61,597 nucleotides of DNA, filler included, from 8 parts of 8 records of this genome joined end to end with filler, not necessarily neighbours in it; one strand, 5' to 3'. Shown: positions 1 through 10,712, counted from the first letter of the whole stretch. Numbers and translations are program-made. The notes: generated from the sequence alone by a model not told the origin.

Positions 1-30
1 AAAAACCAGCTTAATTAAGCTGGTTTTTTT
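1..30. terminator. Bidirectional intrinsic terminator downstream of the response regulator
   Basis: Perfect palindrome AAAAACCAGCTTAATTAAGCTGGTTTTT with A/T tails, just past the stop codon at 32. Confidence 0.75.
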
Positions 31-31
31 A

Positions 32-745
32 CTATTTATCTTGATTATTTATCACCAATCTAAAGCCCTCTCCATGAATATTTAAAATTTCAACATTAGG
101 ATCTGGTTTCAAATATTTACGCAGTTTAGCAATATATACATCCATACTACGAGATGTAAAATAATTATCATCCCTCCATATTTTTGTTAATGCTAATTCT
201 CGTGGCATTAAATCATTTTCATGCAAAGCTAATAAACGTAATAACTCGTTTTCTTTTGGAGAAAGTTTTGTTGGCTCTCCCCCATCTAATTTTAAGAAAC
301 GAAGTTTAGAATTAAGATCAAAGCGCCCTATTTTAAACTCAAACTGCTTGCTATCTGCAACAGTATCTGTTGCCTTACGTTGCATAATAGCCTTGATTTT
401 CATTAATAGTACTTCACTATCAAATGGTTTGTTCAAGTAATCATTAGCACCAACTTTATAACCTTTTAAAACATCTTCTTTCATAGCCTTTGCTGTTAAA
501 AAGATAATAGGCACATCGGTATTTTTTTCACGGATTTCTTTAGCTAAAGTAAATCCATCCTTGTAAGGCATCATTACATCGAGGATGCAAAGATCGTAAT
601 CGTCCTTTTTGAACTTTTCAAAACCTTCCATTCCATTTTTGGCATGGACTACGTCGTAATCGTTCATCATTAAATAATCTTTTAAAACGGTTCCAAAATT
701 TGGATCGTCTTCTACCAAAAGAATTTTCTTGTTTTGTTCTTCCAT
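32..745 (-). CDS. rprY: OmpR-family response regulator (Bacteroidota RprY-like)
   Basis: Receiver motifs LLVEDD, LDVMMP, FLTAK and KPF; winged-helix end SRSMDVYIAKLRK...IHGEGF. Confidence 0.85.
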   Translation of the reverse strand: MEEQNKKILLVEDDPNFGTVLKDYLMMNDYDVVHAKNGMEGFEKFKKDDYDLCILDVMMPYKDGFTLAKEIREKNTDVPIIFLTAKAMKEDVLKGYKVGANDYLNKPFDSEVLLMKIKAIMQRKATDTVADSKQFEFKIGRFDLNSKLRFLKLDGGEPTKLSPKENELLRLLALHENDLMPRELALTKIWRDDNYFTSRSMDVYIAKLRKYLKPDPNVEILNIHGEGFRLVINNQDK

Positions 746-754
746 GATTCGTTT

Positions 755-2320
755 TTATGATATTAACGGCAGCTTTATTATAAAAGTACTACCTTTTCCT
801 TTTTCACTTTCTACAGATATATGACCTTGATGGTCATCTACTATTCGTTTTACATAGGCTAATCCTAACCCATGGCCTTTTACATTATGTACGTTACCAG
901 TATGTTCTCTATAAAATTTTTCGAACACACGTTTGGCAACTTGCTTTGACATCCCATTACCTTGGTCTGCTATTCTTAATATGATACTGTTTCCGATATT
1001 TTCTGTGTAAACGTCAATTTTTGGTGAATCATCAGAATACTTAATGGCATTGTCTAGAATATTTACAACTACATTTGTGAAATGTGTTTCATTCGCCAAA
1101 ACCGATGATTTTGCAGCCTCTAAATGAGTTTTCACATACCCTTTTCTGTCTTCAACAATCAGTTCTACGTGCGTTATTGCATCCTCAATTAAATCATGTA
1201 ACTTAATTCGTTCTTTGCTAATATTAAGTTCATTTTTTTCTAATTTAGAAATGCGCAATACGTTTTCTACCTGTGCATGCATTCGCTTATTCTCGTCCTT
1301 AATCATTCCTAAATAACGCTTCACCTTTTCTTGATCGTTAATTATTTTAGGGTTTTTAATTGAGTCTAAGGCCAAATTAATTGTTGCAATTGGTGTTTTA
1401 AACTCGTGCGTCATATTATTAATAAAATCCGTTTTAATCTGTGAGATTTGACGTTGTTTTATTAATTGATAAATAGCACTAGAATAGGCTATTATAATTA
1501 CAGTTGTAAAGATTATAGATAAAGCTATCATCCATAAAATGGAAGATAACAGATACTTTTTTCTTTCTGGGAAATCTACCCACAACCTATAATTACTTTC
1601 ATTATTATTATCTAAAAAGATAGGTATTCCATAGGCATTTTTCTTTTCAAAATTCTCTGTTTGAACTTTGGTTGCCAAATCATCATCATAAATAGCAAAT
1701 TCAAAATCTAAATTTACACCTTCACTACTCAACTCTCTCCTTAAAAGTGTTTCTACTGTTAAGGGTTTTATCCGCTTATAAATCGGTATATTTTTGAGTA
1801 AGGTTTTAAATGAGGTCTCGTACATTTGCTTTCGTAACTCTGGCATAGATGAATATTCTGCCAAAGTCTCTTCTGGTGTAATGTTTCTATTACCGTCTAA
1901 CTTTGAATTACTAAAAACCTTGGTTACTCTATCATTAGAATAATTACTTAATACTATACTATCAGCATCAATTTCAAAGAACAAAGAAGGAACTTTAAAG
2001 CGCTCCTCTAACACCGTATTACGATGTACTATAGTTTTATCGTTTAAATCATCTTCTGCAGTTACATATAACTGCTGAATGAGTGTTGAGTCTGGCTTTT
2101 CTATTTTTGCAAAATAGGGTTGGATTTTGACAATATAATCTCTCAACTCCATTTCCTCGATATCACGAGACACAAAACTCAAAGCACGTTTAACACTTAA
2201 AGTAAAATTCTTTTCCTCATTTTCTAAACTATTATTTATAAAAAATGATTGCACAAAGATTATACCAATGAGAGACAAACTCATTAAAACCACCAATAAA
2301 ATGAATAGCTTTTTGCCCAT
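755..2320 (-). CDS. Sensor histidine kinase (RprX-like)
   Basis: Two TM segments, H-box NNMTHEFKTP, N-box NILDNAIKY, G-boxes DQGNG and GHGLGL; adjacent to the response regulator. Confidence 0.9.
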   Translation of the reverse strand: MGKKLFILLVVLMSLSLIGIIFVQSFFINNSLENEEKNFTLSVKRALSFVSRDIEEMELRDYIVKIQPYFAKIEKPDSTLIQQLYVTAEDDLNDKTIVHRNTVLEERFKVPSLFFEIDADSIVLSNYSNDRVTKVFSNSKLDGNRNITPEETLAEYSSMPELRKQMYETSFKTLLKNIPIYKRIKPLTVETLLRRELSSEGVNLDFEFAIYDDDLATKVQTENFEKKNAYGIPIFLDNNNESNYRLWVDFPERKKYLLSSILWMIALSIIFTTVIIIAYSSAIYQLIKQRQISQIKTDFINNMTHEFKTPIATINLALDSIKNPKIINDQEKVKRYLGMIKDENKRMHAQVENVLRISKLEKNELNISKERIKLHDLIEDAITHVELIVEDRKGYVKTHLEAAKSSVLANETHFTNVVVNILDNAIKYSDDSPKIDVYTENIGNSIILRIADQGNGMSKQVAKRVFEKFYREHTGNVHNVKGHGLGLAYVKRIVDDHQGHISVESEKGKGSTFIIKLPLIS

Positions 2321-2389
2321 CGTTCAAATTTAACATTTTAACATTTAGTATAAATTATGTTTAACCTTACATTAACAAAAGGTCCAAAG

Positions 2390-2983
2390 CTAGGATTTAG
2401 CTAATTTTTGAAGAATTTCGTTGTGAATATCAAGGGCTTGTTCTTTTGCAGAATCCAAATCGTTATTAAAAATTACGAAATCGGACATTTTAATTTTTTC
2501 TTCGTCAGACCATTGGTTTTTAATAATTGCCCTCACTTTTTTCTCTGATGATTTATCTCGCTTTGTAACACGTTTAATCCTTAAAACCTCATCCGCAACA
2601 ACGGTTATAATAAAATTATACTGACCCTCTAAGTTATTCTCAAAAATAATAGCCGCTTCTTTAATCACATATTTAGAATCCTGCTTTTTAAGCCACCTTT
2701 TAAAATGCGATGCCACCTTTGGATGCACAATAGCATTCATTTTTTCGAGAAGTGATTTATCATTAAATATTTTTTCGGCTAAAAAAGGTCTATTTAATTG
2801 TCCTTCCTTGTATGCTGAAGCTCCAAATAATTTGATAAGTTTACGCTTTATAACTTTAGAACGATTCATTAAATCCTTTGCCTCTTTATCAGCAACATAA
2901 ACAGGTACACCAAGCGATTCAAAATACTTTGCTATAGTGGTCTTACCACTTCCTATTCCACCTGTAAGTCCTACAATTAACAT
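2390..2983 (-). CDS. coaE: Dephospho-CoA kinase
   Basis: N-terminal VGLTGGIGSGKTT P-loop and NAIVHP motif. Confidence 0.95.
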   Translation of the reverse strand: MLIVGLTGGIGSGKTTIAKYFESLGVPVYVADKEAKDLMNRSKVIKRKLIKLFGASAYKEGQLNRPFLAEKIFNDKSLLEKMNAIVHPKVASHFKRWLKKQDSKYVIKEAAIIFENNLEGQYNFIITVVADEVLRIKRVTKRDKSSEKKVRAIIKNQWSDEEKIKMSDFVIFNNDLDSAKEQALDIHNEILQKLAKS

Positions 2984-2984
2984 A

Positions 2985-3947
2985 CTATAATTTAATGTAA
3001 TCTATTCGTTTTTGTTTAATGTTTACGCGTTTAATATTATCTGGTTTATTTGATATTTTAGGAATTAAATAAGATTGGTTATCACTAGCTTCAGAAAAAT
3101 TGCATTCTACGATAAAATCTGATGATGAAATACTACTATAACTATCTAAATCAACATAATATGACAATGTTACTTTTTTAGGAAAGTAGTTAATTAACAC
3201 ATTAGAAGGTTTGTTAGTAACCGTAATAGGCACCTCTATAGTTCCTTCTGTAAAACGTACAATTTTAGCATTTATACTAATTCTTTTTGGGTATACTTCC
3301 ACACCAGATAATTGAGACATATCTACATTAAGCTCTTCATTAATATCACTACTTACGTCAATTAACTCTAACTGTTCTGTTGTTACTACCTCAATAGAAT
3401 CTATTATTGTTTTAGCACCAACAACTTTTATACTATCTATACTAAATTGAATATTATTTTTGATATCAAATCCAGGTGTAAAAGTAATTTTAGACTTTAA
3501 TTGAAGAGGAACAAACTTCGATGTTAAATTTGAATAATCTAATTTAAGTGTATCTGGCTTTAATGAAATAACCTTATATGACTCACCTAATTGATCTTCT
3601 ATAATGTACAAATGCTTTTGTACATCAAACAAATAATGGTTGGCCTTCTGTAAAACATCCGATTCCGCGTCTAACAAAATGTCTTTAGAATTATTGAAAA
3701 TAAAAGGAATTAAGGCAAATCCTTTTGCTTCAATATATGCATTTATCGTATTAAGTGAATCATTTTGCAGTACAATTTCATCTGCAAGATTGGTAAGGTT
3801 TAATTTTAATGTAATAGTTTGCTTATAATCATTAGTGAGTTTGGAAAAAATGAGAAAAATAAATGCTATAACAAAAAATATTGAAAAACGTTTAACGTTT
3901 TTCTTTCTTAAAAAATCGAATGCTTTTAAATTTTTGATATTAGCCAT
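2985..3947 (-). CDS. YbbR/CdaR-like domain membrane protein
   Basis: One N-terminal TM helix followed by beta-rich repeats; position between the GT2 gene and coaE is as I recall for Flavobacteria. Confidence 0.65.
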   Translation of the reverse strand: MANIKNLKAFDFLRKKNVKRFSIFFVIAFIFLIFSKLTNDYKQTITLKLNLTNLADEIVLQNDSLNTINAYIEAKGFALIPFIFNNSKDILLDAESDVLQKANHYLFDVQKHLYIIEDQLGESYKVISLKPDTLKLDYSNLTSKFVPLQLKSKITFTPGFDIKNNIQFSIDSIKVVGAKTIIDSIEVVTTEQLELIDVSSDINEELNVDMSQLSGVEVYPKRISINAKIVRFTEGTIEVPITVTNKPSNVLINYFPKKVTLSYYVDLDSYSSISSSDFIVECNFSEASDNQSYLIPKISNKPDNIKRVNIKQKRIDYIKL

Positions 3948-3950
3948 TAT

Positions 3951-4955
3951 TTATTTGAAGAATAATTCTGGGAATGCTTCTTTAGGATCTCTCTTTAAAA
4001 CTACTAAATTAAAAGTTGATTTTAAAAACCCAAATCCATATCCAAAAAACTGTATAATTATTGCCAAAATGGATTGAATTGCCACCATAATACTTTTTGT
4101 GCTTATTAAAGCGAATAAAAATGCTAATAGAAAATAAACTATATACAAAGACATTAGTTTATTATCACCAAAAAGTGCAAGAATGATAGACAATAAAAGT
4201 CCAATACTAAATATCGTAGGAAACCAATAAACAATGCTTTTAGATTGTGGATGCCATTTATTAAGTATTGGTCTAACCATACCAAACTTATTAACTTGCT
4301 TATAAAACTTTGACCAAGATATACGCCTTTTATGAAATACATAAGCCGATTTTATAAGGGTTTTTTTATAGCCAAGATCATGCAATCTAAGAGATAAATC
4401 TGGATCTTCACCTGGATGAATTTTACCAAAACCACCAGAGTCTAAGAATGCCTTTTTAGATAAACCCATGTTAAAACTCCTAGGCTGAAAATCTTCAACT
4501 TGTTCATTGCCTCCTCTAATACCGCCTGTTGTAATAAATGAGGTCATAGCAAAATTAATGGCCTTTTGTAAATTAGTAAAAGATGTATGTGCAGCATCCG
4601 GCCCACCAAAGCAGTCATAATAATTGGTTTCAAGGAAATCTCTAACTTCGGTTAAATAATTATTTGGCAGGATTACATCAGAATCTAGAATAATAAAATA
4701 ATTGCCCTTAGCCTTTGTCATTCCATAATTCCTTGAGTCTCCTGGTCCAGAATTCTCTTTATAATAATAAGATATATCTAAAATTTGATTGAATCTTGAA
4801 ATTACTCCATCTGCGCGCTCAGTAGACCCATCTTCTACAATAACAATTTCAAAAGACGGATTGCCATTTAATTCTAAGAAACTCTCCAAGAGTTCTTCAA
4901 TTTCATTTGGTCTATTATAAACCGGAATAATAAATGAGAATTGCAATTCCTTCAT
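3951..4955 (-). CDS. Family 2 glycosyltransferase
   Basis: SFIIPVYNRP, EDGS, LDSD and GEDPDL motifs plus C-terminal TM segments. Start moved to MKELQF at 4955 because the ORF-track start lies inside a terminator. Confidence 0.9.
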   Translation of the reverse strand: MKELQFSFIIPVYNRPNEIEELLESFLELNGNPSFEIVIVEDGSTERADGVISRFNQILDISYYYKENSGPGDSRNYGMTKAKGNYFIILDSDVILPNNYLTEVRDFLETNYYDCFGGPDAAHTSFTNLQKAINFAMTSFITTGGIRGGNEQVEDFQPRSFNMGLSKKAFLDSGGFGKIHPGEDPDLSLRLHDLGYKKTLIKSAYVFHKRRISWSKFYKQVNKFGMVRPILNKWHPQSKSIVYWFPTIFSIGLLLSIILALFGDNKLMSLYIVYFLLAFLFALISTKSIMVAIQSILAIIIQFFGYGFGFLKSTFNLVVLKRDPKEAFPELFFK

Positions 4956-4960
4956 AGGTA

Positions 4961-4968
4961 CAAAGGTA
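4961..4968 (-). promoter_or_regulatory. Bacteroidota primary-sigma -7 element (TAnnTTTG)
   Basis: TACCTTTG on the minus strand, 5 nt before the GT2 ATG. Confidence 0.6.
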
Positions 4969-4981
4969 TGTAAAGAAAAGA

Positions 4982-5007
4982 CAAAAGCCACCTAATGGTG
5001 GCTTTTG
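4982..5007 (-). terminator. Intrinsic terminator after the T9SS protein gene
   Basis: CAAAAGCCACC-TAAT-GGTGGCTTTTG hairpin. Confidence 0.75.
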
Positions 5008-5027
5008 ATATGGTATTTATATTATTG

Positions 5028-6449
5028 TTATTGTTTAATAACTCTCATCGTTTTTCTTACGCTATTAATTGTTACAGCGGCTATATAAGTCCCTGCAGTT
5101 AATGCTGACATATCTACGCTACTAATTGTATTATTAGGAGTAACCTTCATTACTTCTTGACCTAATAGGTTATAAACTGTCACATCTTCTATATTATTCT
5201 GCGCCTCTAAATTTAATGTATTCTTCACTGGGTTTGGAAAATATGTAAATTCTGTATTGGAATCTAAGTTCTCAACAGATAATACATTTGTTGCAGTAAT
5301 CTCAATATCAAAAGTACCTACATCTAAATTATAACCTTCTACTTGTACCAAATACGTACCAGCTGGTAAAGCCGCCATTGTTAACGTAGAAAGTAATCCT
5401 AATCCAGAATCGTCATCACAACCAACCTCAGTTAAACCAGCTAAATTTGAACAACTACCAGAGTAAACAGCTAATTGAGTATCACCTAATGAACCTCCAG
5501 GGAAATCTAATGAAACGGTAATATCGTCAGCAACTTGAGTAGTGAACTCAAACCAAACTGAATTACTTATATCATTTGCTATAAACCAGCAACTACCACC
5601 TGGCTCGTCTGTTTCTGTTGTAGCGCCTTCATTACTGTAGGTTGCAGGTGCAGAACTTACCACAATAGGCTGAGCATTACAAGCATTATCGTTAGCCGGA
5701 GGTGGAACTGCATTTGTTGTAAAATCTAATTGTAAATAAACAGAAGAGCCTGCATTACAATTGGTTCGGATGTATAAATCATAAGCAGTACCAGCACTTA
5801 AAACTGCACCAGATGACGCAGATAACGATGTTGTATTTGCACCAGCCAAAGCTCCAGGTGTACCTTGTGCTACTCCATCTGGTTGAATTTCCCAGTCATA
5901 GCTAACTGGAGTTCCTGCGATAGGTACTGACCAGCTAAAATCAATCTGTACATCTGTCAAAAAGTCGGCTGTTACATCAGAAGGAACCTCGCAAGAAGCT
6001 GCAGGTGTAAAAGTTAAAGTCCAGTCAAATGGACCGTCTTCGTACCAATCTCCCCATTCAATATAGTAAGTTGTACCGTTTGTAACAGCTATATCATATA
6101 AAGCGGCTGCATAACCTAATCCAGCACCCTCATCACAAGCATCGTCAACTGCTGCTATAGCTGTTAAAGAACCACAAGTACCTGTACCTACATAAAGTAC
6201 CGTATCTGCTCCTCCTAAACAAGATTCAATATCAATTGATCCAGCTCCTGGAGCTGTAAAAGTGTACCATGCAGCATCAAAACCACCACCTAAGGTCATT
6301 TCGGCATCTTGAACGCCGTCATTATTTATGGTTGTTGTATTAGTAACTCCAGAAGCAACTGCAACTGCATTCGTACAATTTTCTTGTGCATTTATGCTAA
6401 ACGCAAATGCTAGAGTTAGTAATGTAATTAATTGAGTAATTTTTTTCAT
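5028..6449 (-). CDS. T9SS type A sorting-domain protein with two Cys-containing beta-sandwich (PPC-like) repeats and an FN3-like domain
   Basis: Signal peptide MKKIT...NAQ; repeats WYTFT...DTVLYV...DDAC and VWFEFT...DTQLAVY...CDDD; CTD YFPNPVKN...RVIKQ. Confidence 0.85.
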   Translation of the reverse strand: MKKITQLITLLTLAFAFSINAQENCTNAVAVASGVTNTTTINNDGVQDAEMTLGGGFDAAWYTFTAPGAGSIDIESCLGGADTVLYVGTGTCGSLTAIAAVDDACDEGAGLGYAAALYDIAVTNGTTYYIEWGDWYEDGPFDWTLTFTPAASCEVPSDVTADFLTDVQIDFSWSVPIAGTPVSYDWEIQPDGVAQGTPGALAGANTTSLSASSGAVLSAGTAYDLYIRTNCNAGSSVYLQLDFTTNAVPPPANDNACNAQPIVVSSAPATYSNEGATTETDEPGGSCWFIANDISNSVWFEFTTQVADDITVSLDFPGGSLGDTQLAVYSGSCSNLAGLTEVGCDDDSGLGLLSTLTMAALPAGTYLVQVEGYNLDVGTFDIEITATNVLSVENLDSNTEFTYFPNPVKNTLNLEAQNNIEDVTVYNLLGQEVMKVTPNNTISSVDMSALTAGTYIAAVTINSVRKTMRVIKQ

Positions 6450-6604
6450 ATTTATGGATTTTAGATTTGTTTCAAATTTTGGTCAATAAAAATAGAATTT
6501 TATTCAATAAAACCCTGTCTTCTATTACCTTACTCGTTCAAACTCTTAAATATTCGTTAAAATCCATAATACTGGTTTATATTATAGATGAAAGTGATTT
6601 TTGA

Positions 6605-8323
6605 CTATTTTTTTAAAATCTGGAACGTGTATGTTCTATCATTTCCACTTATAACTTTACAAATGTATATACCTGCTAAACAATCACTTAAGTCAAAGTA
6701 ACTTAATCCACTACTTATTTTTAATTTAGAAACTAATCGACCTTGTAAATCGTACATCTTACCACTGATAAAACTCATATTGTTTGCATTGCAATAGACA
6801 AGATTTGTTGTTGGGTTAGGATAAATAATAACATCCTTATTCTCTAAATAATCATAATTTGACAAGAATGATCCTTCAGTGATTTCAACCAATTGATTGA
6901 CACCTATATTATAAATTACATCTTCTACTCCACTCAACCATTTAACTTTTATGTAGTCAATTATATTTGCACTGCCAACCCCAAAAATTTCAATGGCAGA
7001 ATTTTGTGCTAAGTATCCTTCGCCACATAGTGTGTAACGGTATTGAATTTCGCCATTAACTGATATTTCTATCAATGAGCCAATTCCGCTTCTATTACTT
7101 TGTGTGCCTTCTAGCTTAACTTTTAACCAATTATTTGTAGACGATGAATTGTTTTTCCAAAGAAAAATATTATTATGAATTATGTTATTTACCGTTATTT
7201 CTAGTAACCCATCATTATCCGAATCACCAATAGCGTTAGAAAAACTTTTAGCATTATCATTTGGTACGATTGAATTGTCTAGAATAAATGTGTCATCGTT
7301 ATTATTTACATAAAAAGCTGCTGATAAATAATTGGGTACAGAACCATCATATTCACCACTGACGTACAAATCTAGGTCCTTATCATTATCTGCATCTAGA
7401 AAAACTGCTCCCCATCCTATACTATTAAAAATGGTACCGGACGATGATGCAATATCTGTAAATGTACCATCACCATTATTCTTTAAAAAGACATTACCAG
7501 GACTACTATTAGTAACATAAATATCCATCCAACCATCACTATTATAATCATCAATGGTTACAGACATGGCGTCTATATAAATATCAGTACCAGACTCAAT
7601 ACTTACATCTGTAAAAGTGCCATCTCCATTATTTTTGTATAGCGTATTTGAATAAATTACCTTATCATTTGACACATAAATATCCTGATATCCGTCGTTA
7701 TTATAATCGAAAAAAGCAGAACAAAATGACATTGTTCCTGTATTAATTAAGCCAGCTTCGACATTTACAAGAGTGAATGTTTTATTACCATTATTTTTAT
7801 ATAAGATATTAGGTATTTCAGTATCTCTATTACTAATAAACACATCCAAATAACCATCATTATTATAATCCCCCCACGAAGCACCAAAAGAGTTAAGGAC
7901 TGTAGTTATCATACCAGATTCCTCAGTAATTTCAGATAAGATCATATTACCTGTATTCTCAAAAAGTCTATTACCAGAGACATCACTTGTAATGAAAAGG
8001 TCATTATCACCATCATTATCAATATCCACCCAGTTTATCTGCCTGGTTTGAGATATATTATTTTCAATATTCAAATTATGCTGAACAAAATTTCCATTAA
8101 TATTTTTATAAAACACAAGTGGCATATTTGATGCAGAATTAATAGAAATATCATCCCAACCATCATTATCGTAATCAAAAAAAGAAATACCATTGCCTAA
8201 ATAAGTATCACCGCAAATAACATCAATACCAAGTTCTGATGCTAAATTTTGAAAACTAATTTGGCAATTCACTATTCCACAAATAAAAGTGGAAAATATA
8301 AGTATATATGTATTCTTTTGCAT
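6605..8323 (-). CDS. FG-GAP/VCBS repeat, ASPIC-UnbV (CRTAC1-like) protein with T9SS CTD
   Basis: Several DxDNDGxxD repeats, NNGDGTFTD repeats, NWLKVKLEG..SNRSGIGS and FGVG..VKWLSG, CTD IYPNPT. Confidence 0.88.
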   Translation of the reverse strand: MQKNTYILIFSTFICGIVNCQISFQNLASELGIDVICGDTYLGNGISFFDYDNDGWDDISINSASNMPLVFYKNINGNFVQHNLNIENNISQTRQINWVDIDNDGDNDLFITSDVSGNRLFENTGNMILSEITEESGMITTVLNSFGASWGDYNNDGYLDVFISNRDTEIPNILYKNNGNKTFTLVNVEAGLINTGTMSFCSAFFDYNNDGYQDIYVSNDKVIYSNTLYKNNGDGTFTDVSIESGTDIYIDAMSVTIDDYNSDGWMDIYVTNSSPGNVFLKNNGDGTFTDIASSSGTIFNSIGWGAVFLDADNDKDLDLYVSGEYDGSVPNYLSAAFYVNNNDDTFILDNSIVPNDNAKSFSNAIGDSDNDGLLEITVNNIIHNNIFLWKNNSSSTNNWLKVKLEGTQSNRSGIGSLIEISVNGEIQYRYTLCGEGYLAQNSAIEIFGVGSANIIDYIKVKWLSGVEDVIYNIGVNQLVEITEGSFLSNYDYLENKDVIIYPNPTTNLVYCNANNMSFISGKMYDLQGRLVSKLKISSGLSYFDLSDCLAGIYICKVISGNDRTYTFQILKK

Positions 8324-8394
8324 TTAAAACGATTAGGTCATTAAAGATATTAAGATAATTTCTATTACATAACTTTTTTAAACCTCTAAATAAA

Positions 8395-8422
8395 AAAAGC
8401 CACCTTTAATAAAGTGGCTTTT
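8395..8422 (-). terminator. Intrinsic terminator
   Basis: AAAAGCCAC...GTGGCTTTT stem, same stem as at 4982-5007. Confidence 0.7.
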
Positions 8423-8445
8423 CATTTATTATAAAAATAAGGCGA

Positions 8446-10524
8446 TTATTGTTTAATCACTCGTATTGTCTCAGTAGAATTATTGATTGACACTTTTACA
8501 AAATAAGTACCATCTACTAATGCAGACAAATCAATTTCACTATCTACGTTATTAGGATTCACTCTTAATACTTCTTGACCTAAAACGTTGTACATAACAA
8601 CTTTTTCAATTGAATTCTGAGCATTTAATGTTAAAGTATTTTTAACCGGGTTAGGGAAATATGTAAGTGCAGTATTATTCTCAACATCATCTATACTTAA
8701 AGATTCACCACATAGAACAGATCTTGTTCTATTCACATTTTCTGCACCACAATTATCGTCATTTAAATGTGTATAGAAACGAACTTCTCCATCAACGGGA
8801 GCCGTCCAAGTCACAGATGACACACCGAACGCCTCCTCACTTGCACCATCATAACTAATAGTTATTAAATCTGGAGCTGAACTATTAAATTGATAGGTTT
8901 CTCCAGCAGTTACAGTTACTAAAGAATATTCACTTGCCCAACCACCAGTAGTAACTTCATTTACCGTCGTTCCATCACAAGTTGCAGGAACGTATGCTGC
9001 ACCACCAGGCCATTGGCCGTTTACAGCGGTTAAACAATACCCTGGAAATGCTTCTGTGGTAAAACTCCAAATATCACAACCTGTTGCCTCAACTGCACCA
9101 TTAGCTGGTATAGCGTTCCAAAATATTTCAGTATTAAATGCATTAATAGTTAAATCAGCTGTTTCAGTTGGGAAATTTCCAACCAATACTGGGTTAGTAC
9201 CTAAATCATCATCATAAACATAAACATTATAAGATGTTGGAGTTGGTCCTGCCGCAGGTGCTACCCATGTAAAAGTTACAGCTCCAGTCGGAATATCTAC
9301 TGCATCATCTGCAGGAAAAGGAGTCGTTGCGCAGTTAGGTGGGTCTGGCACAGTATAAGAAGAAAGACAAACATCTACCATTGCTGTTGACGCTGTACCT
9401 TCTTGCCAAAAATAAAGATAGTACTGTGTATTTGGTGATAAAACTACATCTACTGATGGGCTTATATCTGCATTATAACATGCTAAATCTGTACCACTAC
9501 AAGTATCAAATATAGCCATATCTACAGCTGCCGAAGCATTAACTGTTAAGCCACCTGTAGCATCAGTTGTTGCTGTAATCCATAAACCATAATTATTAAA
9601 TGTATCGCAACTCGTTGAAATATTACTTGGTGCACCTGTAAAATCTAAAGATATTGGTGTTGCAGTACCACAATCAGCTTCTAATACTGCAACAATAGCC
9701 GTACCACAAGATTCACCAGAATCTGGTTGTGTCCAAGTGAATGGACCAGCAAAAACACTATCACCATCAACACCACAATTAGCTTGTACATAGAAATCAT
9801 AGACTACACCAGCAGTTAAACCACTAATTGAACCTGTATTTCCAGTCACAGTATCAGTAGTACCTGTTCCCTGTGTAAATCCTGTTGCGCCATATTCGAA
9901 GGTAAAATCAGTTTCTGAACCTGCAGGTATCCAACTTAAATCCGCTTCAGTTGAAGAAGTGCCAAATACACTTAAACTCCCTGGAGTTAAACATGAAGGT
10001 GCGTCATCAATAACAACATCATCTACAGTTATACCTCTACCATATCCAGAAGTACCATCAAAGGCAATATAATAATCAGCACTTGGACTTGGTAATACAA
10101 GATTAACTTCTGTCCAAACAGGATTTGTATCAGCAGTAAATTCAGCCAACAAAACCCATGTGCCAGCAGCTGAAGTTTTATAATAAATTCTTAACTCATC
10201 TTGATCACCTCCCCAATCCTCTTGAGTATAATAAAAGTTTAATACTTGAGAAGGAAGTACAGATAAATCCAAAGACGGTGAAACTAAACGTGTCTGATCA
10301 CCATTGTAGTTATTAGACCAGAAAGCCGCCATACCAGCGCCAGTTCTTGGTGCCACCGTACCATTTTGATTAGTAGCACCAAACTGCCAATCTACAGCAG
10401 CCGAAACATATTCATTAGACCATCCCGTAGGTAAAACACCTCCATCAAATCCTTCAGTTAGGACTTGTGCACTAGTCTGTAAGGAGATAGCTAGGATTGC
10501 TAATAATAAAGTAATTTTTTTCAT
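8446..10524 (-). CDS. T9SS type A sorting-domain adhesin-like protein (cleaved-adhesin/MAM-like plus FN3-like domains)
   Basis: Signal peptide; EGFDGGVLPTGW...RLVSP...ITVDDV domain; FN3-like SCLTP...YDFYVQANC; CTD YFPNPVKN...RVIKQ. Confidence 0.85.
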   Translation of the reverse strand: MKKITLLLAILAISLQTSAQVLTEGFDGGVLPTGWSNEYVSAAVDWQFGATNQNGTVAPRTGAGMAAFWSNNYNGDQTRLVSPSLDLSVLPSQVLNFYYTQEDWGGDQDELRIYYKTSAAGTWVLLAEFTADTNPVWTEVNLVLPSPSADYYIAFDGTSGYGRGITVDDVVIDDAPSCLTPGSLSVFGTSSTEADLSWIPAGSETDFTFEYGATGFTQGTGTTDTVTGNTGSISGLTAGVVYDFYVQANCGVDGDSVFAGPFTWTQPDSGESCGTAIVAVLEADCGTATPISLDFTGAPSNISTSCDTFNNYGLWITATTDATGGLTVNASAAVDMAIFDTCSGTDLACYNADISPSVDVVLSPNTQYYLYFWQEGTASTAMVDVCLSSYTVPDPPNCATTPFPADDAVDIPTGAVTFTWVAPAAGPTPTSYNVYVYDDDLGTNPVLVGNFPTETADLTINAFNTEIFWNAIPANGAVEATGCDIWSFTTEAFPGYCLTAVNGQWPGGAAYVPATCDGTTVNEVTTGGWASEYSLVTVTAGETYQFNSSAPDLITISYDGASEEAFGVSSVTWTAPVDGEVRFYTHLNDDNCGAENVNRTRSVLCGESLSIDDVENNTALTYFPNPVKNTLTLNAQNSIEKVVMYNVLGQEVLRVNPNNVDSEIDLSALVDGTYFVKVSINNSTETIRVIKQ

Positions 10525-10712
10525 AAAGTATTAATTAAAGTTAGTAATAGCCTAAATTTATGTTAATTATTGTTAATATAAATTACCTTTTTAGGCAAAT
10601 CGATTAAAAGTAAAAAAAGGCGACTAAGTGTAGTTTTTAGAGGCCAGATGTAGTACTCAAAAACTAACAATTTGATAAAATAGAATATTCTTTTAAAAAC
10701 CGCGATGTAGAG

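Noticed and set aside
11-18. TTAATTAA near the window start, similar to the linker motif
   Set aside because: It has no flanking Ns and is the centre of a natural terminator palindrome.
10631-10666. Imperfect inverted repeat TAGTTTTT...AAAAACTA between T9SS genes
   Set aside because: Low-complexity AT-rich arms. It could be chance or a weak terminator, and there is no evidence for an ncRNA or invertible element.
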